NCBI GenBank assembly: GCA_030248215.1
Contig: JASANG010003765.1
Coordinates: 1-64,000 of the forward strand
Source: Enoplolaimus lenunculus
Lineage: Eukaryota
Direction of reading: 5' to 3'
DNA: 64,000 nt
Every line of letters starts with the position of its first letter. Position 1 is the first letter of the stretch. Both the position numbers and the translations under genes were made by a program. The notes beneath the pieces are model-generated. The model worked only from the letters and a program-made list of their open reading frames with translations, was not told the DNA's origin and searched no databases. Below are positions 46,001 to 64,000 of this stretch, piece by piece.

Positions 46001-47456
46001 GCCACGCCATGACAGTTTAGTGAAACACCTGAACGCTTGTAAACACATGCAACGTGCAGCACACGGTTTAGAATACGTGGCTTAACCATTCTTTTAACGC
46101 GTATTTATTAAGCAAAGTATCTGGCATTTTTTGTTGCTGTTGCGACAATCCAACAGCGGACTCTCATTAACCCACGCGTGAATTTTAATATGTCTTTTAT
46201 TTGAAGTTCAAATTATTAGCTGTCAAATTTTAACTCTGAAGTTTTGTGTACACAAAAGCTGTCGGTGTTTTTTTTTTGTGTGTGCGTTGACGGTTTCTTA
46301 AAGCTTTACGTTAACATATTGCCATAGGCGTCGCAATAATATTTCATTGCGGCGTGTGCAAGTAGGGTCCCGTAGAGAAAATCAACGTTACAACGTCGGC
46401 AAAAAATACCATTTTTATATTTAATGTAAAAAATTGCACAGCGAAGCCAACTGTGATGAAGATGCACTTCATTGTATATACATGTGCACCCATGTATATA
46501 TAGTACACGTAAGAATGAATATGGTTGCGCGACTATTTACAGTCATAGCGCTTCTGACACCGTAGAGGATTGATTAAAAGCCAGAATGGGATTTTATAAG
46601 TTCTAAAGTATACACAGGCAGACGAGTGTTAAAGTCGATGAAATACTCTTGCTTGCTTATATAGACATTTACATATACATATATATAATATATATTCATA
46701 TATTCATATATTCATGTATATATGTATATATATAATATATGTATTCATATATTCATATATATGTATATATATGTTGCGTTTCACACATTGCAACGGCGTT
46801 CGGAAGCTTTATTTTATTCCTGTCAGTCACAAAAGCAGCCTACAGCGATCTTGAACGTATCTGCAAAACGGTTCTTATGATAGTATTGAATCCACTTGCA
46901 GCGGTGTGCAGGTTGTCCATGGGCCCAGGTAAGCAGTCAGTTAGTATCGGAAATACCGCCAAAAAATGATGGAAACTGAAATTGAATATATCAGAACAGG
47001 AACTGAAATTAAAAAAACACCGTATTTGCGCTGTTGTAGTTCATAGCGGGCGAAGTATTTTTTATAAAACAACACTAATTCAAAGGGCAGCAATAGAAGG
47101 CTTTGATGTCAACTAGCCAGATTAGTTTTTGTTTCAGTACTACAAAATTAACATCGTAATTTTAAATTACCGTAAAACATTACGGTTTTTATAGCTGCTC
47201 GTTGTAAAATTTTAACTTTTAAAACCAGATATGATTTGAAATATTGGAACCGGAAAGTGATATAAATGCATGAAATAAAAATAGGATACTCAACCCGCAC
47301 AATCCCCGCATACCTCTGTTCATAGAAGTTTTGAGATCCTCTTTGGGCTAGAAACAAATTTGAACACAAACATATACCTGGCAACGGTATTTCCAGCTGT
47401 GTGCTCGCGTTTAAACTGCTCTGCTATTACAGATTCAGCCCAAATTTATAGCGGAT

Positions 47457-47619
47457 ACGGCCCATGTATAGAACAAGGGCGGAACCGTAGTATAAGCATA
47501 TTCCTAAGCCTAAGCCTAAGCATAAGCCTAAGCCTAAGCAAAAACTTAGTCTAAAGCTAAACTGACTCTATTATAACGCCTCCGGAAAACGATCCGGCCC
47601 TGTTGTATACATGGGCCGT
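47457..47619. mobile_element. MITE with about 28-bp TIRs enclosing (CCTAAG)n
   Basis: ACGGCCCATGTATAGAACAAGGGCGGA ... TCCGGCCCTGTTGTATACATGGGCCGT. Confidence 0.75.
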
Positions 47620-48969
47620 GGATACAGAATATTAATGAATTTAAAAATATATATTTTAATTTTATTTTTTTATCAAGTCATACTATATTATTATAAAGGT
47701 TAAAATATAATTTGTTTCACAGGTACGTTTTTGCTATGCTCTGCGCCTGTTTCAAAATTAAAATTTCGTTTGTTTCTGATTATTACGTTTTAGTTGTTTT
47801 CTAAACTTCTATGCTTTCAACAGGCAAACTGAGACCATGAAAAGTTGCCGTCTTATATAATTGCAAAGAATGTAAATAGAAAAAACAATGTCTAAACTAA
47901 AATAGTTGTTATTTTCAAATAATCCAAGAAATAGTAGTTTGCTAGCGTGATAGCTAAACATAAAACTAGTTCGAATTGTGGTAAGTATGCCCACTCAGGC
48001 ATGGGTCAATTTTTGACAACAAAGGTAACTGATAATAACTTGAAAATCAACAAGAAGATTCGGGAGATATAGGCCAAACAAAAGTTTGCGGATTATGACC
48101 GTAGCGAGGTTCCATGTAAAGATCAAGGGCGGAACGTTTTTCTGTGGGACTAGAAAAGAGTAACCTTAAGCTTTAGACTATTTTTTTTGCTTGGCTTAGG
48201 CTATGCTTAGGCTTAGGCTTAGGAATATGCTCATTCTTACGCTTAGGCTTAGGCTTACGTTTAGGCTTAGGCTTAGGAATATGCTTATAATACTGTTCCA
48301 CACCTGTTGTTTACACTGGCCGTAGCGAGCAAGAAATGTTTCTTGATGCCTTCGTCCAAAATGTTATTCTGAAACCTGTCAAAGTACCGTTGTCTCATGT
48401 CAACAGACTTTTCGGGTAATACCATTCGATCGCCTTTGTATATGCCTCTGAAAGAATATCGGTTCATCATAATTTTCAATGTGACTTAAGTATTATTTTA
48501 TTCATTAAACACATTCAGCTACGGAATATGACAACTATTGACGTAGTTAGCAATGCAGGCTGCTTTTGCAATTTATACTATATAAATTTCGTTATTGCAA
48601 GTTTCAGCTGTTAAATAGTAATTATTTCTGTTGAAAAATATACGTTTGAATATATTCAACATTTAAACAAACTCGACAATATTTATCCACGTGCTCATCG
48701 GTGGAAAGAGCTATTGGAAATACACTTCAAAAAAACTAATAACATAATATGAACTCAATTATTGTTTCAACTACTGACTCGAGCAATCGTTTACGAAATA
48801 AAGTAGTATACCGTTGTTTTAAGAAATAGTATATTTCTCAACTTTCAGCAACTAAAACCAGGCGACAAACGAGGTGTTACTGTTCAGCAAATAAATAAAA
48901 TCGTTCGACAAATAGTCAAGAGCCAAGAAGCAGTTACACGTTAATTATACGAGTGCATCAACATGAATT

Positions 48970-56088
<7,119 letters not shown>

Positions 56089-59000
56089 AAACTTCTCAAG
56101 TATTTTCTGACCATTTTCATATATGCTCTGTGATACACATTGACAAAGCAGAAAGTTGCTTTAATACCTGGTACCTTAAAAATCGAATACTTCAAAAATT
56201 CAAATTTGGGTGTTAAATAGTCAGAGTTAAATTTGAAAGAAACTCAAATCTGCAACAAAATTTCAATATGAAAGTGAGGACTCTTGATAAGATCGATACT
56301 AAACAGACGAATATTGTTTGCACTGCGTTGCCCTACGTATATACTACCTCCTGTGAGTTGAATGCAAAATTAGAACAACAACCGTAAAAATGTTATTTTG
56401 TAAACAATGTTACTTTAACCTTTTGTGTTATGCTCTGTTCAAAGCAGTTTTCTAATTTAGCATAACCAGAGTAAAAGTATATATGAAACTTACTGTTCAG
56501 CGTTTCATAGCGTAAACGGTTAGTGAAAGCAACAGAAACCGATAGTGATCAAAATAACGGAAACGATAAACAGATATTTCAGTAGAAAAGTTGAAAAGCT
56601 GTCTGATTTTTCTACTAATGCAACTAAAGTATATTTTTTGCAAATATTTAACATGCTAGTAAACCTGTCTAATAACAGCGAATGCTGTTAAATATTTTAA
56701 GTTGTAGATAACTTTTATTTAAGTGTCAAATCGAGTATTTGCAGCATATCTGTTTTTATTCAATAAGGAAACGGATACAGATTTTCCCCGGAATAAAACA
56801 GATATCTGGTTAAACCGTCGCGTTTATCCATATTTTGTAAAGCCGGAACTTTAGCGTATGGACAAGTCTAAAAAAGACTGTAACCGGATATCCGCGTCCA
56901 GCAAACATCGATGTTCGTTTCTGCTATAAAGATACTGGTAATTACCATTTATCGATTTCGTTATTGGTACTATCTGTTTTACATTCTTGTTTAAAACACC
57001 AGATTTCTCTACGACTATCCAGTTGGAGTTTAGAATGCGGGAACAATAAAATGTAGCATAAACTATTACGTAGGATCTATGACTAAATTGTGAAAAGATT
57101 TTTAATACCGATGAAAATAACTATAGCTTAAAATATGGTATTGTTGAAGATTACGCAAGCCTTGCGAAGGATGTTTGTGCGTTTCATTTCAGTTATATAT
57201 ATTTCTTTAAATGTCATTATTCGCTTTTTAGAATAAAATCGTCTATTTTACAGTCGCATTATGCATGTTCTATTGCATTTGGTGCACCTTCATTTGCGTA
57301 TATTGTAATAGCATTTCTCCATTTAATACACAAGCGGTATTTGTTAATTATTGCGTTAATACCTCAACTGATTCCATTTGCATCGCCGATTCAGAGCCGT
57401 GGCCAGGCTATCCCAGCACCAAGAAGCTTCTGGCTCGAGAAATGACGTTAAAGGTGCGCTTTAATACCATCTGTTTGGAGTCTGCGAGCTATCATTGTAA
57501 ACATGTTTATGTCCAAAATGAGTGTACTATAAAATACTATTTAACATACCAGTACTTTTCTAAGTACTGTCAATGTGTACCGGCTATTCACACTATTTCT
57601 ACAAACAGTATGGTTTCTACTGTTTTCGAACGTCTTTCAAACAGGCGGGAGACAAATGTTTGAAAGCATAAACTTGAATGCTCCATTAAGTTTTGCGATG
57701 AATTATTAAAAACATATAATCTGGCTGCTGGAGCGCAATCAAAATAATTTTTGTTTCCTTATGTTGGCCAGATAATATACCATGTCAGCGTTTGTTATTT
57801 ACATTTCCAAAAAAATTTTATACTCCGCATTTGCGCATATCTTGAAAACCATTAATACGGTTCACGTTAAATATTTGACGAGTCTTACATTTAATTAAGC
57901 AAGTGTGATATTCTAAATCTGAAAGTGTGTCATCTAACATAAAATCACATCTCAAAAATTTGTAGACTTGCTGTAAAAGCATACCGAAAATCTAATTCAG
58001 ATTGTCACGAGGTTTGCTTGCGAACTGAAGCAGATCAGGTAATTTTTGTCGTTGAGCATAATATCGATCAGGAAAACCTTGGGAGTGACGCGAGCGAGAA
58101 TGCAAGCGAAATTTTATTATCTTATTATAAAAGAAGCCTACGGTTTTGTTTCGACCGGGAGGACGTTCGATCCGTGGTTCCGCATAGATCCGTCCGTGCT
58201 TCGCACGACACAACGCAGCTGGAAAAAATTGCAGCTGGAAGTCAACAAATTTTGCAATAGCCGGTGATGAAGCAAAATTCAGTAACAATGTATATTTGGA
58301 AATTTTGCTAGTTGCCAAAAGTTTGGCTGTTTGAAAAAATCTTTGCAGTTATAGGTTCATAAATTGTGTTGTCACAAATATACTCGATTACAGGGCACAT
58401 TTGTTAAAAATACTGTTGTGCTGATACTGAAAAATGAATCTACGACCATTCGTCGGCCATCAGCTTGTCACCCGTCATTGTCCTAAAGAAAATGAATAGA
58501 AAAGCATAATCCTGCGGTTGATCCTACAGCTACGCATAATAATTGGCGACAAATTGTCGAGTCGATGAAATTTCAGGGTACAAGTTGTCGGGCGACCACT
58601 TGTGATACGCTGTAATACCGATACAGATGCTTTAATTGTACACCATACTGCAAAGTTAGAAAATCCTAAATGAAAATTGCCGGGAACTATAGAGCGGATA
58701 CTATTGTGCCCTGAAATATAGGCTCCCTAGGAGTCAAGAAGCTACATTGCAACATTTCATCTACCATAGTTTTGGTTTTGTGCGTTTCCTTTTAATTTTT
58801 CGTACAATTTTACGAAAAAAGTTGCCCATATTTTGAAAAAATAAGCGTGAAACCAAAAAGTTTTGCAACACCTGGAGCTTCGGCAAAAATTCTATGTATG
58901 GAAACGGTCAATTTTTAGCCACAGCCAGACTGCTGGTTGTACCCTGGTGTACTGCAATGCAGCCCAAACGAACGAAGCATATATTTAGTCACTTAGTGAC

Positions 59001-59089
59001 CAGAATAAGAGAAAGCACTGATATTTTTTGGTCTCGCCAGAGGGAACCCCCTGTTATAACGTACAACAGGAGTTCCACTTCCGGCTACG

Positions 59090-59830
59090 AGGGTGCAACC
59101 GGAGGTGAACAATACCAACGAAACTTGCCGGAGCCGGTGGTGATGCGAAATTAGGTAGTAAAAATGGTGGAACATTAGCAAACTTTAGCCAATATCTGCA
59201 ATATGTTGTTAAGTTGTTCGGTTTTACAATAATTTTCTTCGAGATTTCGGAAACTTTTTAAATGAACCTTGTGGCCAATGTAAAGAAAAGGGCCGAACAG
59301 CATTATAACTTATAAGCATTCGTATTCCTAAAGCCTAAGCCAAAGGCTAAGTAAGCCAAGCAAAAAAAATTAGTCTAAAGCTTAAGCTCTCTACTGCCGT
59401 CCCTCAGAAAAACGTTAAACCCCTGATCTTTACATGGGCCAAAATTGTGATAAAAGTAAACGAAACGCGCTAAACAGAGAATTTTTGCAAAATTATGCAA
59501 ACTGTTATTACCGAAATTGCCGGAACCTCCGGCAAAAATTTTTCCGGAGCCGGAGACCGATTTCCTGCCGGAGCCAGACCTCCGGTTGTACATTGCAAAA
59601 AGATGGTTAGTCAATTTGACTCTCTCCGAACTAGGCTTTTGTGGACTACACAAACTAAGTCAAATTCGACTACGCCAGAGTAAAATTTGACTCCGCCAGA
59701 GTCAAATTCGACTCACTGAGCGAGTCGAATCTGACTCAGGCAGAGTCGAATTTGACTCAGTTTGTGTAGTCCGGAAAAGCCTATTTCGGAGAGACTCAAT
59801 TTGACTCACCATTTTATGCAGTGTACCCTG
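59090..59830. mobile_element. hAT-like MITE (AGGGTGCAACCGG TIR) with two nested MITEs
   Basis: Left TIR gagggtgcaaccggaggt. The right TIR acctccggttgTA|...|ccctg is split by the 59591-59823 insertion. A TTAGGC-family copy sits at about 59270-59440. Confidence 0.7.
59591..59823. mobile_element. Near-fully palindromic MITE with a TA TSD
   Basis: TA|CATTGCAAAAAGATGG...CCATTTTATGCAGTG|TA, with long arms and repeated gagtcaaattcgactc units. Confidence 0.88.
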
Positions 59831-60558
59831 CCACCTACTGCTACTGCAGAAAATAGAAATCCGGTTGCATGTCTGTAAAAATCAATCTTACTTCGAAAAC
59901 AAAGAAGACAAAAATACGTTTTTATTGGCACGTAATGACAAATCACAAAGCAGCATCGCTAACAAAACATTTGGACGATCATCTGTGAATAATCAGGAAA
60001 AATTCAGGCGGCGAGCTGCAAAATTAACATTATGTACAACTTTGCAATCACTTAAAAATTGAAAAAATGTGTTTTCTTGCCTCACCAAAGATTCGTTGCC
60101 GCACCCAAAATTAAAAAGGAAAACAATTTCGTCGCCTTCCCGCAAATGGAGAAAATGCAAAAAAATTCGTTGCCTGATCCAAAATTAAAAAAAATGGAAT
60201 AAATTTCGTGCCCAAACACTACGAAAATATATTTATGGAAAGCCACTAATACAAGTAATGCCTTAAAACTCACTTTCAACAGTCATAAAATGCCGCAGAA
60301 ATGTACCGTAAATGAAACAACGCAGAAATTGCTTTGCTTTGAGCAGCTGAAAAGATTATGCAACGCTTTGTCTCTCGAAGTGCAATTAGCTAGAACTGGT
60401 TATAGTGATCGCAGAGTTCCAATTTTTTTTACAAATTACAGACAACAAAAAATGGTACCCCATGGCACGCAACTAGAATATTAATTCAAATAACTTTTCA
60501 AAATACACGAGTTTCTAAGTATCCCATCTACAGTGCTTTAATAACAATAGCTATCATA

Positions 60559-63500
60559 TTAAGGAGCCAACAGGTACTGGTCATCCGAAAATCCAACCGC
60601 AGCTAGTCTTTCCGTTTCCGGATAGCTGCCGCTGCTTAGCTTGTATCCGGGCGGATGTATTTTGAATATTGTCACGGCGTTTACCAACGTTATTTCTACG
60701 TTTCTTGTTTGGGTGTATGCTGATAAAAGTCTTCAATTTCAACATATCCGTTCCTAAAATTAAAAAACACTAAATCGTAAAAATACCAGACACTTATTAC
60801 TGTTCAAAACCGTCAGTGACTAACGAAACTTGTAAAACAAAACAGTATTTTATGCGAAAAATTCATTATTGCAATCTTGTACAATCCAACGCAAACGATA
60901 CGAGTTTACCTGCAGCAACATCGCTAGTGGATAAGGGGGTTGACGCTGAGAAAAGCTTTGCTACTGGATGACATTAGCTTTATCCAGGGTGCAACCGGAG
61001 TTATTAAACACCGGAACCGGAAAACAGGACACTACACTTGTTACCAAAAAATTCATTTTAAAAGCTATTTTATTGAAATCCTATGTGCAAACACTCATTT
61101 AGAATGCCTAAGTCCTGAAACAAATGCAGTAGTTGGGAAAAGAATGATAAATGATGGAGTATCCCAGACAATTTCAGAAAAATAAGTTAGGATAATAATA
61201 TGTCAATTTTTCTTTAATTTTCGAATAAGAAAAATTTTCAGTACCGAAAATACCGGCAAATTCCGGCGAAAAAATACCGAATTCATTACGGAAACCGGAT
61301 ATCGAACAATACCGAATTTACCTGTCGGAACTGGAATTCCGGTTGCACCCCGGGCTTTGTGGTATATACAAATGCAGTCAGGACAGAACCAGTGCAGCAG
61401 TACACAACCGTGAGTGCCTCCAAACCCGAGGTTTTGGAGCTGGTACGAATTTTCTTTGATTGCGTCCACACTCGTTTTTTGCAATCCGAATGAACTATAT
61501 TCTTTGGTTGTTACCAGTTTGCCGCGTTTATAGACGCGGTTACAGTAACGTCTCAAACAGCGAATGTAACCGCATTCGCAAACGACTAGAAATTTAATAC
61601 TACGTAACCGCGGGAGCCATCGCAGCTAATGGCTGCAGGCAATAAAAATGAATAGCCAATGGCTTTGAAAACGCAAAACAAATCGCATAAAATATATAGT
61701 AACATCTCAATACATACAGAGAAGTAAGCACGTGTACCTTTTCTGACTTTTGTTTAAATGAAGCAAAAATAATGACAATATTCTGATTACATTTTCTAAA
61801 ATGCTACATTTCTCACTGCAGTGGAAACTGGATAGCTAACGCACAGGTTTATCACTGCCACAATTAAACGCAAGTGTTCATTTTTCCGAAAAAAGTCCTG
61901 AAAATGAATTAACTCCTCATCAACTGGTGTGAGAACAGAGTAACGTCATTTCAGCCGTGGTAATTATTATAAAACAAACTTACTTCTTTTCAGTCATGAA
62001 GATGTATGAATTGTGTTTCATAACAAACGCATTGATTGCTTCGACAATCAACCTATTATCGTCAAAATTCTTCGACACTGGAACATCTTGTGCAATTGAA
62101 AAAAGGCGACGCGCTACAATGTCGGGAATCGACGCCCGGCATCGCGTACCGTCAAATGCGTCGATAAGAATCACAAGAACTTTTAGTGCAAATTTTTCAA
62201 CAGCTACCTATAATTCAAGTAAAATTATTGTTCTGTAAACATGGATGCATTAATAAAAACACACTAAAACATATTTAAGGTGGCAGGCTATAACTTAAAT
62301 TTACTTTCAGCAAGAGTGTTTTTGAATGACGGGACCTTTGCCTTTTAACAACTACGATTTCCGCACATGCGACTAGCGTAAAACATTTATGCAGCAACAT
62401 CAAAAGCTAAATCAAGCAGGAAATGAATAAAATTAAAATAATACTATATAATAATATGGGTAAATTCTTACATAAGCATAACACCTTTTGCAGAACACAG
62501 GAAACTCAGCAGTGTTGGAAATGTACGAACCACACAAGCAACAGACCCGTTGATACACCAGAGATTCGTTGAATGATATTATATACGCGCAGATAGTATA
62601 ATTTCCATCACATCCTTGTTGCACAACGGAAGCGCTAAAACAAAGGCAATCACGAAACTGGAAAAGTACGGAATCAGGACCTTCTAGGAATACAATGAAG
62701 TTAGCTTACCTATTGATCTCGACAAGCTCAGTTCAACGGTACCACTGTTATGACTGCATGATTAACACCTCAAAACCTGGGTCCCCGAAATAATATTGCG
62801 CAAAGACGGACAGATTTCAAAAGGAATTATCTATCATTCACATATTCGTAAAACATAAGCTATACTAAGTTTATTACTTTGTTTTTTAGAAAAAAGTTAA
62901 AATTAAAAGAATGGCAACATTGAATTCAGCGCCTGAGATTTAAAAAAGCTAATTTTCATTAAATTCCTAAAAAAAGTCCATTTTCCGTACCTCCGCCACG
63001 AAACATACAAGGTAAAAATGGGCGTCTATTTTACATACACAAATCCATTGGTTTTTGATGAAACCAGGCAGACAATGACTGGGTTTCTGGGACATGATGC
63101 AAGTTGGATTATAATGAAATAAATTAGTATTTCAAACACGTTGTACAACTGTGACTAAAGTCAGCGGCTTTTAATAACAATTATAATTACCCAAATCGTG
63201 ATTGGTACATGAAACCTGTAATAATTTTGAGCTTCGAATGGTAACTTTGCAATAACAGGTTTACTAGAAATCACCAGGGGCCGAAAATTTATCGAAACCC
63301 TCCGCTTGCAAACATAAGTGTCTTCCGTGGTTTATATCCGAAATCGGTTTAAAATAAGAGGTCAATTTTAACCGAAAGAGTTTCTCTCGAGAAAATGAGC
63401 AGATAGTTTTCCTCACAGATCTATGTTAATAAATCAGTATAAAACCTGAAGTTTTTATTTCCTTCAAGCAAACCACCATTTTGCCACTTACCTCACTGAT

Positions 63501-64000
63501 AGCAGAGGTCGTTCCCATTTATCTGGAGTATTAAACGCGGATTGACATATTTCGTCAGAAATGCGGTTCGATCTATCTGCTATAACACTGTCACTCAAAT
63601 ATCCATCATTAACAGACACTGCAGTAATCGAATGAAGATTGGACGCCCGTTGTTCGCTATGGAACAACCTAGGCACCACTGAAGAGTGAAATCCTCCTAA
63701 ATTTTTGGAAGGGGTAATCAGTCCAGCCATTGCTGGTAAAATCCTTGCACGATCATCTCCAATATTTCTTTTACGCCTTCGAATCAATCGACTAAACTTC
63801 GGACTGGTAAATGTTTTTCGCTGTAATGGTCCTGTCTTTGATGCCGAGTTTTCGCTTTTGGATTTCGTTGTAAGTGTTTCAGAACTTGCGTTATCTTCAG
63901 AAATACTAGGCTGATCAATTTCGCTATCAGACGAAGTTTCGCTGACATCAATTTGAGCCAAATCTTCAGGCGGTTCATAAATCGGATGAATACATGATGT
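60559..64000 (-). CDS. Partial spliced gene (5' end outside the window): Ser/basic-rich region followed by Cys-rich, PHD-finger-like segments
   Basis: Candidate exons >64000-63492 (donor GTAAGT), 62634-62472 (QRVCCLCGSY...VFCKRC), 62207-61984 and 61585-61322 (VCECGYIRC...HWFCPDC), with possible terminal exons near 60.9 and 60.6 kb. Splice phases are not fully reconciled and the product is uncertain. Confidence 0.5.
60985..61352. mobile_element. hAT-like MITE (CAGGGTGCAACCGGA TIR)
   Basis: CAGGGTGCAACCGGA ... TCCGGTTGCACCCCG; both flanks contain gcttt (degenerate TSD). Confidence 0.7.

Noticed and set aside
62472..62634. Assignment of the minus-strand gene to KMT2/MLL
   Set aside because: CCLCGS...FCKRC resembles the start of a PHD finger, but the expected His-x2-Cys continuation and a SET domain were not found.

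Overview
AT-rich, intron-containing animal genomic DNA; the style is compatible with a compact invertebrate genome such as a tunicate, but the taxon cannot be proven from the sequence. The centrepiece is an intact, very young Ty3/Gypsy LTR retrotransposon of the CsRn1/Kabuki type (3423-9999). It has identical 323-bp LTRs, a CTGT target-site duplication (TSD), a tRNA-Trp primer-binding site (PBS), a CHCC Gag motif and a GGGAAAC plus pseudoknot -1 frameshift signal. Its coding layout is unusual. ORF1 starts inside the 5' LTR and is divided by 2A/StopGo-like motifs into a small membrane protein with a polybasic tail, a captured IMPACT 'ancient' (UPF0029/YigZ) domain with a membrane anchor, and Gag. 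Pol ends in a PWWP chromatin-reader domain and runs into the 3' LTR. The element lies in sense orientation in an intron of a host type II membrane SEA-domain/mucin gene (about 756-15979). The window also contains a much enlarged polyQ/polyN-rich NALF/FAM155-like gene (48970-56088), a partial Cys-rich minus-strand gene at the right end, many MITEs (several nested), tRNA-derived repeats and tandem repeats. All domain calls come from motif recognition by eye, not from database searches.
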